A DNA stretch of 63,893 bases, counting the filler, from Octopus bimaculoides (Eukaryota), in NCBI RefSeq assembly GCF_001194135.2. It is 7 parts of 5 records of this genome, joined end to end, with 100 filler letters (N's around TTAATTAATTAA, not from the genome) between each part and the next. Parts side by side here need not be neighbours in the genome. Positions count along the whole stretch, not along the records: positions 47,334 to 53,312 come from NC_068982.1; positions 53,413 to 58,097 come from NC_068983.1; positions 58,198 to 61,724 come from NC_068983.1; positions 61,825 to 63,893 come from NC_068981.1; 3 more parts are not named here. One strand, given 5' to 3'. The stretch's first letter is position 1. Every line of letters begins with the position of its first letter. Below the pieces are notes generated by a model that saw only the letters and a program-made list of their open reading frames with translations, made no database searches and was not told where the DNA came from. Position numbers and translations under genes: made by a program. Positions 50,852-63,893 of this stretch are shown here, one piece after another.

Positions 50852-52860
50852 GATAGATAGATAGATAGTTTAGATAGATATTATATATATATATACATAC
50901 ATACATACATACATATAAATATATATATATATATATATANNNNNNNNNNNNNNNNNNNNNNNNNNNNNNNNNNNNNNNNNNNNNNNNNNNNNNNNNNNNN
51001 NNNNNNNNNNNNNNNNNNNNNNNNNNNNNNNNNNNNNNNNNNNNNNNNNNNNNNNNNNNNNNNNNNNNNNNNNNNNNNNNNNNNNNNNNNNNNNNNNNNN
51101 NNNNNNNNNAGAGACAGAGAGACAGAGAGAAAAACCCATACATATAGGAATACATGCACGCATGCATATATATAACGCATTATGTATTATTTATTATATA
51201 TCATATATATTATAATATGTATTTTATCACTGCGTGCTTGGATTTCTAGAGGCAAAATCAGAGACTCAAAACAGATAATGGAATGAGATATTTTTAGCGT
51301 ATAATCACCGAAACGATTTTGCACATACATATATACATACATGCATACATACATACACACATATATACATAAATACATATCTATATACAAATATATATGT
51401 ATGTGTGTGTATCTGTACACATATATATATACATATCATTGCTATTATGCTAAACTGTCGTATGTGCAAATTTAGCCAAATGCGTTTTTTCCAATATTCT
51501 GAGTTCGAATTCCGCCGAGGTCGACTTTGCCTTTCATCCTTTCGGGGTCGATAAATTAAGTACCAGTTATGTACTGGGGTTGATCTAATCGGCTGGCCTC
51601 CTCACCAAGAATTTCGGGCCTTGTGCCTAGAGTAGAAAAGAATATTTATCTTTGCTTGTAAATAGCCGGTTGTTTTAGTCAAACTTGCCTCAGATGCAAG
51701 ATATCAAAAATTGTTCAACGGTTTTGTTATGGAATGGTGAAACTATTTTTTTTTGTTTTCTAAAAAAAAAAAAAAGCAACGTTTTCGATTTACGACACTT
51801 TTGCATAATAGCAATGACATAAATAAATATATATATAAATGTACACACACGCGGGCGCACACACTTATGCACATTGTCACATATACAGATATGTATATAA
51901 ATCCGTATCTACATATATGTGTATGTGCATGCGTAAATCTGTTTGCGTTTCTGTGTGTTCGTGTATGTATGTGTGTGTGCGTGTGACCGTGTGTATATAG
52001 GCAGAATAAAAACGATCCTTAAAACTCATTTCGAGTTTTCTTAAACATTCATCAGAGATCGTATCTCTTTATCTTATCTCAATGAAGAAAAATTAATAAT
52101 TTATAGCTTTTTGTTGCGCATTTCTAGCATTATATATATATTTCTCATGCAAGATTGTTTTTGAGACCATTGTTAATTGATTAGTCACAGTGTCTGCACA
52201 TGCTCTATCATGCAAATTATATATTATCATTTCAGTTATGTCTGCTGAGTTAGTATGCCCTATGTCCTATAAATAGCAAGAAGCTATTAGTCGTTCTACA
52301 CGGCATACGAACTTATCAGCTGAAGGCGGCATCTTTTTAATCGATGGTGTAAAACTTGAGAAACTCCGACTTATTCCGTTTTTACTGCTCATGGAAAGAT
52401 CAAATCCTGTGGTTTAACCTATCACTACGTTTACTGTTCACAATGATATTATCAAAATAAGCGTAAGTCACTTTAAGTTTCAATTATCCAATGACGGTAC
52501 GTAATGAAATTATTAATAAATTAGATCACGCCACTGTCAATGGAGGCAATGTTATGTAAATTAAATATAAAAGGGAGATGCTTAAAAATACATATTATAA
52601 GCTAATAATCTTAATCTCGAAACTTAGGTACTCTTAGTTTGAGGAGATTAGAGGAAACCCTTGTCAGAATCTGAGGAACTTGATGATGCTCTGCATCGGC
52701 AAACATTATACAGTTTGATTCCTGATAAGTTCGTATGCCGTGCAGAATAAAATCATCTGATGTTCCAAGACTGACTGACTACTTCGTCTTCCGGGGTGGG
52801 CAGAGATTTATTAATTCATTAGCACGTACACACGTATATGCCTCCACATACGCACGCACA

Positions 52861-52905
<45 letters not shown>

Positions 52906-53084
52906 NNNNNNNNNNNNNNNNNNNNNNNNNNNNNNNNNNNNNNNNNNNNNNNNNNNNNNNNNNNNCACACACACAGAGGTAATGACAAAATAAAATAGAA
53001 TTGAAAAGACACACAGGCAGACAGACAGGTAGACAGACAGGTAGACAGACAGACAGACAGACAGACAGATAGATAGATAGATAG

Positions 53085-53192
53085 ATAGCGAAAAGTAGGG
53101 TGAGAAAAACAGATAAGACAAGGTAGAAAGTGAAAAAGTTAAATATATAATTACAGGTAAGCATACACTTTTGTACTCACGAAACCTTATAT
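53085..53192 (-). repeat. Inverted partner of 49659-49790
   Basis: GCGAAAAGTAGGGTGAGAAAAACAGATAAGACAAGGTAGAAAGTG...CACGAAACCTTATA. Confidence 0.85.
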
Positions 53193-53242
<50 letters not shown>

Positions 53243-54149
53243 TAGATACATTTCTTTTATTAGCCACACAGGGCTCAACGAAGATGGGACAAATACAATG
53301 TAGAGCTTTTCTNNNNNNNNNNNNNNNNNNNNNNNNNNNNNNNNNNNNNNNNNNNNTTAATTAATTAANNNNNNNNNNNNNNNNNNNNNNNNNNNNNNNN
53401 NNNNNNNNNNNNAACTCCTTCCTTCAAATACACTCTATATAGTCTAGTTGACCTATGTAGCCCCTGATATACAGAATTACAAGATTATGGCAATAATGTC
53501 TACTGAATCACAGTAGTCCTCTGGGGCTAAATAAAAACAACTCTTCATAGTTTCAAACAATGCTACCGATGCAGAACTCGAAACTTTTCCAACCCTCAGC
53601 TTTTTACGTCAATTATAAATAGGATACTCTGCAATTAGTCATTTCTTAATGCTTAAATTCACATTTTAGTTTCATTTTAAAAGTAAACACTTATATTACA
53701 ATATCATTCCGGGTGAACAATAAGTGGGATATAGAACCTTGATTTCCTGTGTGGAGAGTGGGGTCCAGAAGGATATATGGAATCTATTGGGGTATGGTGA
53801 ATGCTTTCGAAGGAAGTGACAGTATTCAAACATATGTAATGCTTGTGTTAATGTCTCAATCTAAACATATCTGATATCCGCTTCAAATGATAAAAACCTG
53901 CAATCATATTTATAATTATTTTATCTCCCTATAGTATATATAGTGTTTATGATATCAACGCAAATCCTTTTATATCAAGTTATTGTATAGAGAATTTGAA
54001 AGTGCTTAGGAACCGACACTCAACAGCCAAAAGTTAAAGACGAAAACTACATACATTAAATGATTTTATAAATTATGGATAACTTTTCAAAAATTTGTGA
54101 TAAACATACAAATGACGATTATTTTGTAAAACACTTTAAAACAATTTAA

Positions 54150-54549
54150 TCAGTACTTTTGTTGTTGCAAAAATGTGTACATCTCAATTTTACTTTTTTA
54201 TTTTTGAACAATGAACGTTTACTTTTTTACATCGAGATTGAACACATCAGTGGCAGAACTGTTCGAACTGTACCTAGCTTCATGCGTTCCTCGATACATC
54301 CAATCCTGCTGGGATCATGCACCGATATCTTTACCCCCATGGGTTATAATCCACATGCTTGCACGGGAGGCCCACCTTTTGAGTTGCTTGTCCAAGGCAC
54401 CGCTTCTTGTAAGGTATTCCCTCCATATCTCGGTCCTTGTGACGGAGCACCTTCATTTTCGGAAGATCTATATTGGTATCATCAATTCGAGATTTTCTGG
54501 AGTATAACATATTGACTAACTCTATCGAAATTTCTTTCAACTATGGTGG

Positions 54550-54580
<31 letters not shown>

Positions 54581-55797
54581 GCGCAGGAGTGGTTCTGTGG
54601 TAAGTAGCTTGCTTACCAACCACATGGTTCCGGGGTCGATAAATTAAGTACCTGTTACGCACTGGGGTCGATATAATCGACCTAATCCCTTTGTCCTTGT
54701 TTGTCCCCTCTATGTTTAGCCCCTTGTGGGCAATAAAGAAATAAGAAACGTTAGCACGCTGAGCGAAATGCTTAGCAGTATTTCGTCTGTCTTCACGTTC
54801 TGAGTTCAAACTCCGCCGAGGTCGACTTTGCCTTTCATCCTTTCGGGTTCGATAAATTATATACCAGTTTCGTACTGGGGTCAATCTAATCGACTGGGCC
54901 CCTCCCGCAAAATTTCGGGCCTTGTGCCTAGAGTAGAAAAGATGATTACCTGCGTTGTTCAAAGTTCCAGTCCTTCAAATCAATTTATCGGAAAGCATAT
55001 TCCTGATTTCAGAGTGCCAACTCTGTTGTTGTAACACATGAATTTTACGATAAAAACATAGTCCGAAATAGAGAAACAACCTAAAATTTCTGCAGTAAAG
55101 TTATTTCAAAACGCATTAAATCCATCTATTTCAAAGTAAATGGACACAGCTCTTTTGGTTTCGAAGTTTAAAGGATTTCGTTGTAAGTTGCATCAAAGCT
55201 TCATGTGCACCCTACAGCATAGAACAAGAAAACAGTATGAGAGCTACGTACAGCAAAATGAATGTTATCTAACTGGTTACCAACTGGAGCTACATCAAAT
55301 GTCTCTTCACTGAACTACTTACCACTATGAGCAAGCAAAAATATAAAGTTAATTTCCATTCTCCTCTTTTATTACACATTCTTCTTCGCTTGTTGTTACA
55401 CGAAGCGCTTCCATAACACCATCATCTTCAAGACTGTCATTTATCGTTGAATTATCAATATGAAGGCTTTTTTTTATGGGGGAATCTGCGTAGGGGGAAT
55501 CTGTGTAGAAGTTTCTGTGTCATATTTGGAATAGTAGTTAATGTGTTCATTCGAGTTGGTAGCTCTTTCTTGCGTTCTAGACATTGCATATTCCATTTCG
55601 TTGCGTGCAGAATTCGGTGCGTATTAATGGTTAGTTAATTAGTTTTGAATTACATTTCCCTCAGTAGACATTCGCCTTTAACATATAGAACACTTGTCAT
55701 ATCTCTAATATAGGACATTGTTGATAGTCTTGTCGCTAACGTACGAAAAGCCATTAAGAATTAGCTTGCGCTTTCTTCTACTTAATACAAACACCAT
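54150..55797 (-). mobile_element. Decayed MULE (Mutator-like) transposase with N-terminal FLYWCH finger, interrupted by SINEs at 54545-54945
   Basis: MVFVLSRRKRKLILNGFSYVSDK (FLYWCH), ETFDVAP..QLDNIH (DGTF..P...QL.TIH), ILGCF...YRKI (GC.FH...RKI) and WNTL...VPWTSNS (WN...PRTNN) occur in the correct order. Confidence 0.8.
54580..54745 (+). mobile_element. Chimeric SINE: family B head, family C core and a third tail
   Basis: The B head runs to ATGGTTCCGGG, then GTCGATAAATTAAGTACC...ACTGGGGTCGAT from family C, then TTTGTCCCCTCTATGTTTAGCCCCTTGTGGGCAATAAAGAAAT. Confidence 0.7.
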
Positions 55798-57869
55798 CTC
55801 AGCTCTGTGCAAAAATAATCGATATCAAGCAGACACGGGAAGACCTAGAATATCGTTTTGTATTTTGTCATTGGTTAATCTGAAGTTTTGATGTACACAA
55901 GATTACATTAAAAAGCAATAAAAAATCGTATGATGCGTGTCATAAAAGATTATTCTACAAAAATAATATATCTACAAATTTATTCATTGAAAATTCATTT
56001 TGATAAAAAATCATTTCATTTCAATACTAGTATTTTCCATGAAAAATCAATGAGTTGTAGTACTGTATGTGAAACGAAAATCTCTAAAACTGTATTTTGC
56101 TACTCCAAAAGCTCACCTGCACATACAAAAGCACCATTGGTCGCTTCAAACCAATGAGACCGCCAGTTCTGACAAAGTCACTTCGATTACTCTCCAGCAT
56201 TGAGTCCTAGAGCTACCGTCTAGTCCCTCAGATCTGTTTAATCTCTCTCTCTCTCTCTCTGTCACACACATACGCACTCATGCGCGCGCACGCAAACCTA
56301 AAGTGCGTGTGGGTAAACTGGATTATTTCTTCATAACTAAAGGCTTCCTGTGATTGACTTTGGTCATATTTAGCATCAATGAGTCTGAAATAACGAATGC
56401 TGTGGTTGATTAGGATATTTTTAAAACTGCCAAATATCCAAATCGGAGGTGATGGAATATCTCTGAAATTATCTGCGTGAGAGTTAGACAGTAATTGTTT
56501 TGAAGCAGGTCTAACAACAACCCAGCATCTCAAACTTTTTATTTGAATGACGAATGTCTTGGAATAGAATAAATCACTTGTGACTTAGATATATTTTGCA
56601 GCGCAGATTCGAACAAAAGATATCATGTAAATATAGCAAATGCTTTCAAAGATTGGCCATTTGATTTTAAACGTGTGTAAACATGCTTGTTGTAGTAGTC
56701 AGTTATGCTTAGAAAGGTCTGTTTTAAGTTTTTCTTGTTCTTTGAATAAATAAGAATGAATGTTGATAACAATAAGGTTTGAAGCAATTTTAAATCAATC
56801 CGGTTTAAGTCTTTGGCATGATGCTATTGTCTAGTTAGATTTTTGCGTAGTATATTAAAGCTTTCGAGAGGTAATACCAACTAAGGGCCATGAAATTATA
56901 AACAGGCAAATAACAACACTTTAATTCTTTAAAGCCAGTAGTGTTAACAGTTTCTCAAGAATATTTAACAGTAAAAGAGTACAAACTTTTTACTCTTCTT
57001 TGTCTATTCCTTCATTCCCGGTAAAAAAAGCTTTCTGCTTTTCTTCAAGTAACAAACTGTAAAAGTCTGATACTTAATGTTTTGATTTACCACCTATACA
57101 ACTACAAACTTATCTAAACGTGAATAATTTGAATAATTTGAAACGATTTGGTCATTTTATAGATGATTTTATACTGATCGTCTGATAATGTAGTTGTACA
57201 GTTATAGCAATTTGTTAAGCCACAATGTAATGGCATTATAAAGATAAAGCAAACTTATCATAAACTATAGAAGATAGTTTATGATAAAGAGTAGGAGATT
57301 TATCACTAAGATTAACTAGTCACTAGAGATTAGGAGATTTATTACTAAGATTAATCTGGTAACTAGATCAAAATACAAGTCTTAATTGACTTAATCAAGT
57401 ATTCTGTACTATTGATTAATGTTTAATTATATGCATCACCATTATTACACTAACAGCGCTGAATTGTATTTGGCAATTGCAGACCTTAAGGATATATTTG
57501 ATTGCATTTTATTCTTTTAAAGTGACAGACAAGTAGGTGTCTTGAAAGAGAATTAGACAAAGTTCTCCACAAACCTTAACAAAATATTAGACGAATCAAA
57601 AGATTAAAAGTAGAGAGAAGAACCGAAGATGAAAAGACTAGGCGGAGGCAGATGATTACGAGTGGGTTGATCTGATCACTAAGATAAGTCGGCTGGTAAC
57701 ACTTGTTGATTGGTTGCAGTTAAAGAAATATTGAAACGGATGTACATTTAGGTGAGTTGATAATTGCGGTTTAAACATCAGTATTGTTTCGCACCAATTT
57801 TACCGTGATTCAATTGATCAATAATCAAAAGTATTCCAGCCAAGACCATCGCATCTATTCTCAAGATAT

Positions 57870-58062
57870 TCTTTTATTCTTTTACTTGTTCCAGTCATTT
57901 GACTACAGCCATGCTGGAGCACCGCCTTAAAGGGTTTTAGTCGAAGAAATCGCCCCCAAGACTTATTCTTTGTAAGCTTGATACTTATTCTATCGGTCGC
58001 TTTTTCCGAACCGCTATGTTACGGGGACATAAACACACCAACATCGGTTGTCAAGCGATGGT

Positions 58063-58075
<13 letters not shown>
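57870..58075 (-). mobile_element. SINE family B, 3' half
   Basis: Reverse complement of tail and body running into (CA)n. A similar copy lies at 63440-63650(-). Confidence 0.88.
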
Positions 58076-58097
<22 letters not shown>

Positions 58098-58197
58098 NNN
58101 NNNNNNNNNNNNNNNNNNNNNNNNNNNNNNNNNNNNNNNNNTTAATTAATTAANNNNNNNNNNNNNNNNNNNNNNNNNNNNNNNNNNNNNNNNNNNN

Positions 58198-58271
<74 letters not shown>

Positions 58272-58922
58272 TATATATATGCAAGCATATAGATATATAT
58301 TCATATACTGTTTTTGCACATTCAGAGACACACATGTATATATATATTTTCATCCATCTCTCTATCTATCTATCTGTATACATGTATATACACACACACA
58401 CACCTTCATATATAATGCACACACACAGAAAACGAATTATGAGAGTCCAGAAAGAATGTATAGAATTTTAAATACAATATTTCTGCAAAGTAATATAACC
58501 TGGATGGATGTGTGTCTTGTTGCAGACATAAATGCACTGTTAAGAATTTAGCATCCCATGGTTCAAGGTGTGTGACTATTTGGGCAAGTCCTATAGAACC
58601 TGGCTGACTATAGTCTTGTGTCAAATGAATTTATTAGAAGGAAACTGAAAGAATCCCCTCGTGCATGTGTGTGTGCATTTATGTGTGTCTCCTTGTTTTG
58701 ACATAGTGTAATATTTGCAAAAGAGCATTAGCACCATAGAAGCCATGTCCTTTGTCTCCTGTCTTTTGAGAAACCATGTCTGTCCATGGGGTATTATGTA
58801 CTTATGTGGTAATAGGTGTGTTGGGAACAGGGACATCACCCAACTATAGAAGATCTGCTTCAAAACATTGTTTCTCTTGTATACGGACAAAAAGCAGATG
58901 TTAAAATGATGATAGTGAGATG

Positions 58923-58966
<44 letters not shown>

Positions 58967-59374
58967 ATGTTGATGTGTATGTAAATAAATGTGTGTGTGT
59001 ACGTGCATGCATGTGTGTGCACACACATTATAAAAATTATAAAGTTATATAAAATTCACATAACAGTAAAATATAGGTACATATGTGTCTTTATGTGTAT
59101 ACACACACACACACACACATATATATGCATGTGTATATCTACGAAAATCATAGAATTTTAGATAAATTATATGAAATTCAAATTACAGTATTTACTTATA
59201 TACATATATATATATATGTAAATGTGCATATATATATACATATATGTGTGTGTGTGTGTATGTGTTTATATATATATATATATTTATATATATGTAGTCA
59301 AATAATTAAAATTTATGAAAATAAGTACATGTAATGCAATATATATTTGTTAGTAATATATATAATTAATAATA

Positions 59375-59406
<32 letters not shown>

Positions 59407-60732
59407 AGTTTTAGTATTGAATAACTTATATTTCCTATTTACCATTAACTTAATAAATGCATTAAATTTGCAGACGTCATATTTAGTTATAATTTTCATT
59501 TTTAAAGCTGATTTTTGATGTATGGCATTGTAATTTATTCAATGTTTTAAATTTTTAACATTGTTTATAAACTAAATAACAAACAGCTTTGATATGTGAA
59601 AATATAGTTCTATTTGTATTTAAAACTTGTATTTAAGTTCTACTTGATTTAAGACCATGTATTGAAACTAAACCAAACACATCATTGGAGAACCTTTGTA
59701 ACCACACAAAACTCTAGAATTCACTTCAACTTTTAATTTATTTTATGATGTACCCAAAGTTTTGTGGCGCAACAGTGAGACTTGGTTGGCCATTGATGAA
59801 GACCCATTCATGGAATCCATTTAAATTTGAAGTGAATTTAACAGCTTTGTATGTTATCAAATAGTTAGAATGGATTTTCCACAATGTAATTACTTCAACT
59901 AAAAATAAAAAAATATATAGGATATGATTTTTTTTTTATCTAAAAGAGATGAAGTTATGAATGCTATAACAAAACTCTAATTATTGTTATTATTTAAAAA
60001 TTGACAAATGCTTCGTTCTTGTTTTTCCATTACTTAAAAATTTTTTAAATATTAAACAAGAACTTTGGTAAATAAAAAGTAATTAAATTTTGGCAGTTTG
60101 GACGTATACTCTTTGATATCAAAGGAACTGAATTTAAGTTAAATCCAAAGGTTACTAGTTAAAATAGAATTATCAAATTACTCTAACAAAACCTAAAATG
60201 AATGCTGGGAAGTATGAAAATGTGCATCATAAGACATTTAACAGTCTTTTTATATTACTCAGGAATTTGAATTTCTCTAATGGTATGTGAAACAATAATA
60301 TGTAGGAAGTTCTGAATATATTCTAAAGAAACTATTTAGAATTTAGAAATTACTTCTAAACAAACAAAATAGCAGATTTATTTTTAATGTGTATTTGGTA
60401 AAACAAAACACAAAAGCAGTGCAATTTTTTTTTCAGAAACATAAAAAAAAAAAACGGTAACAAATTGAAATAAGGGAGTAATGTGGATTCTATTGCAAAT
60501 GATAATAGAGGTGAAACAACACACCTCAATACATATGTAATATTTAACACCTGGTGTGCATTATCATCAAAATATGTAGCAAGTAAAGTTTCCATCAACT
60601 AAAAAGCAATCCTAATCATCAAACTATTTTGATGAGTCTTTAGTGAATAACAGATAATAAATAACAACAGAAAATATATATAAAAAAAGGTATTTAATGA
60701 AGAAACTGAATATAAGTAAAACAAAAGAGGGC

Positions 60733-60767
<35 letters not shown>

Positions 60768-61825
60768 CTACTTAGATTAAACAAAAGAATTAGAAATAAC
60801 ACTTTGGAAAGAACATTCTTGATGTTCTTTTAAATCTTTGTGGGGGAAACAAAAAGTTACAAAACTAAAAAATAGAAAAATATAGAAAGATGAAAAGAAA
60901 TCAAAATTTTGAAAGAAATTTCTTAGAAAATGGGGGTTGAGTAGAAAGAAATATTCCTATAAGATAAAGAGATTATTAGCAATATAATAAGAGGGTAAGA
61001 GAGGATAAAAAGGGAAAAATCAGAAACGAAGATCAAAGAAAAGCCAAAATGTAATTAAGTCATTTTTATAAGATAATTAAACGGATAGTCTACGTAAAAT
61101 CACCACATTTTTACAAGTGATTTCTTTGGTAACACGAGATGTGCAAAAATTTCTAAAATGAAGAGACACTGTTCAATACAAAACGGTCGAACAGCTGGAC
61201 AGGCACACACACACAGAGTTTTAACTGTCCTACAAAATTACATAGTTTTATTTAACGAAATAACGACTGCATAGCCATCCATATATGTCAAACGGAGTTT
61301 TTGGTTATGATTAACGGACAAGGATTCTGGTGTATAGAAAAGAATTTCAATGAGCTCTAAGGGGAATTTTTCTTGGTGGGATGGGGCGGTAATTTGAAAG
61401 GAAATGAGTGAAAAAAAAAAAAAGGAATAAATAAATAAAAGACAGCAACAACTGAATCGTGATGTAACGTCCACATAATCTTGAAGTTCTTATCAAGGCA
61501 TGTGAAATGGAATGGTCTCAATCGGGAACCGAAACTGGTTACCGCTTCTTAAGTTCTCAGGAGTTTACCTCTACCCTCTAAAATACTTTCTGCTTGATTG
61601 TAAATGAACCTGAGTTTGAACAGACCACGAGCAGAAGAGTTAACAGACGCACGTGTGCATTAGGAGTGTATGTATTCTATGTAGTTATACATACATTGTT
61701 TAAAAGATAAAAATAACTACGGACNNNNNNNNNNNNNNNNNNNNNNNNNNNNNNNNNNNNNNNNNNNNTTAATTAATTAANNNNNNNNNNNNNNNNNNNN
61801 NNNNNNNNNNNNNNNNNNNNNNNNA

Positions 61826-63348
61826 CATAAACTAAGAATATGCAAAAGAAACTAATAAATTATAGTAACGAATGAATTTATATACAAATATAAATATTTA
61901 GGGGTGAAAAAAGTATTCGTACAGAACATAAATAACTGATAATTCTGATTTAATACTTCGTAGCATAAACATTATTCAGTTCCACTTCAACCAATCTCTT
62001 CTTGTAGTTCTTAATCAATGACTCGCATGTTTCTTTAGGAATTTTTTCCCATTTTTCTTGACAAATTTTCTTCAAATCTGGAATGCACATTGGGGTACTT
62101 GAATGAATTTTAATTTTCAAATAACGCCACAAATTTTCAATGGGATTCAAGTCAGGTGACTGGCTTGGCCATTCTAATAATTTTATATTGTGATTGACAA
62201 TCCATTTTTGGTAGACTTCGCCGCGTGCTTAGGGTCGTTGTCTTGTTGTAAAACCCACCCTTCACAAAGCTGGAACTTTTCTACAGAGTCCCATAAATCA
62301 TTGTTCAAAATATTTTGGTACATCTCTGCATTCATTCTACCATCTATCACATGTAAATTGCCAGTGCCATTTGCAGAGAAACACCCCTACACAATGATGT
62401 TGCCACCTTCAAACTTTACAGTAAGAATTGTGTTTTTCGGCGAATAGGTGGTACCATCTTTCCTCCAAACATGGCTACATGAATTTCGTTAACATTTTCC
62501 CAGAATGTATCGGATTTATCTTTATGTTCATAAACAAATTTTAAATGAGCATCTCTGTGCCTTTTAGTCAACAATGGAGTTTTTCTCGGAGAGCATGACT
62601 TCAGTTCATTCCTATGAAGTTCATTGCTGATTGTTCATAGTGTAACACTAGTCCCTGAAGCTAACAAAGCTTCTTGCAACTCCTTTCTGGTGATCATTGC
62701 GTTTTTTTCGATTGTTTGCTTCATTTTTCGTAAAGATTTAGGGGAAATCTTGCGTGGTGCACCGGATCTTATTCTGTTTTCAACAGTTCCCGATTTTTGT
62801 TATATCTTTGAATAAATGAAGATATGGTAGAAAATGGAATACAAAGGGTCTCTGATATTTTCCTCTAACTTTTACCTGCTTTCCACTGTTCAATAATTAN
62901 NNNNNNNNNCTCTGATATTTTCCTCTAACTTTTACCTGCTTTCCACTGTTCAATAATTAAGTTTTTCACTGAATTTGTGAGTTCTTTACTTTTCGCCATT
63001 ATTACGACACTATGTTGTCAAAGTGCTGAATGAAGAAGCTAGCGTTTTGACACTTAAAAATGACCACTGATAAGATTGGAACAAACGAGAAAGTTCTAGT
63101 AAAAGAAATTATTTTAACAGTATTTTGTGGCATAGAAACACATAAATTTATTCTGTACGAATACTTTTTTCACCCCTAAATATTTATAATTGTATATAAA
63201 TTCATTAGTTGCTATAGTTTATTAGTTTCTTTTGCATATTCTTAGTTTATGCATGTGTATGCAAATATAATATTGGTATATCCCATTTATGTCCATCAGA
63301 AATTAAATAAAGAATTTTGACATGTACGAATATTTAATTCCCCCACTG
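61826..63348 (-). mobile_element. Nearly full-length Tc1 (DD34E) element with long IR-DR TIRs and a disabled transposase
   Basis: The right end is ...ATTCGTAC-type repeats ending CCCCACTG|TA at 63348, with an inner DR GGGGTGAAAAAAGTATTCGTACAG mirrored at about 61900-61925. The transposase runs from the ATG at 62999 (MAKSKELT) through QQDNDPKH and WPSQSPDLNPIENLW to ATKY* at 61950, with stops, a frameshift and a deletion. The left outer TIR is in a gap. Confidence 0.92.
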
Positions 63349-63852
63349 TACATACATACACACACGCATACATACATACATACATACATACATACATACA
63401 TACATACATACATACATACTTACATATATTCTTTCATTTTTTTACTTGTTCTTGTTTCAGTCATTTGACTGCGGCCATGCTGGAGCACTGCCTTAAATGG
63501 TTTTAGTCGAAGAAATCGACCCCAGGACTCATTCTTTGTAAGCCTAGTACTTACTTTATTGGTCTCTTAGGCCGAATCCCTAAGTTACGGTTGCCAAGTG
63601 ATGGCGGGGTGAGGACAGACTCAGACACATAAAGACCTGGTATGTATGTATGTATGTATGTATGTATGTGCATATGTCTAAATATATATGTCTATATTTA
63701 AATAATAAGGGTGAAAAATTGAATATTAATTTGATTAATATCAGTTTAAAACCAGTGGCCTAGCAATTTGAAAAATCTTAAGATTCAGAAAGATTATAAT
63801 ACATACATATAAGAGGGATGTCCAATTAGTGATCATCCCTCTAATATGTATG

Positions 63853-63893
<41 letters not shown>

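Noticed and set aside
50610-51175. Direct repeat GAGAAAAACCCATACATATAGGAATACATGCACGCATGC on both sides of a gap
   Set aside because: It is probably an assembly overlap in microsatellite-rich sequence and cannot be resolved here.
855-60598. Long ORFs made of YI, VC, TH, LS and X runs
   Set aside because: They are translations of microsatellites and N gaps, not genes.
8421-61780. Recurrent TTAATTAATTAA motif
   Set aside because: It is always centred in N runs and has stops in all six frames, so it is a scaffolding spacer and not biology.
62190-62447. Plus-strand 85-aa ORF
   Set aside because: It is the antisense shadow of the Tc1 transposase.
62850-62960. ~50-bp direct duplication inside the Tc1 ORF
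   Set aside because: It flanks a 10-N gap and is most likely unmerged contig overlap.

Overview
This is AT-rich eukaryotic genomic DNA, broken by many N gaps and dominated by repeats. I infer a coleoid cephalopod, most likely an octopus, from the tRNA-derived SINE families and the very high microsatellite load; this is recognition, not a database result. I found no host protein-coding exon I can call with confidence, and most of the ORF track is translated microsatellite or antisense repeat. The window holds about 30 whole or partial copies of three tRNA-SINE families (here A, B and C). It also holds decayed Penelope-like, CR1-like and L1/Tx1-like retroelements, a nearly full-length IR-DR Tc1, several mariner/Tc1 fragments and MITEs, a Tol2-like hAT 5' half, a Charlie-type hAT MITE with an intact 8-bp TSD, a decayed FLYWCH-MULE and a Helentron-like element. 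The best candidate for an undescribed system is a family of palindromic AAGGGCATTA elements in (TA)n tracts, present in three sizes (468, 159 and 52 bp). The largest carries a degenerate hammerhead-ribozyme motif whose predicted cleavage site is about 8 nt from the fold-back junction, which suggests non-autonomous Penelope-like elements made by snap-back. The window is also rich in inverted repeats that would form dsRNA if transcribed, which matters in a lineage known for heavy A-to-I editing.
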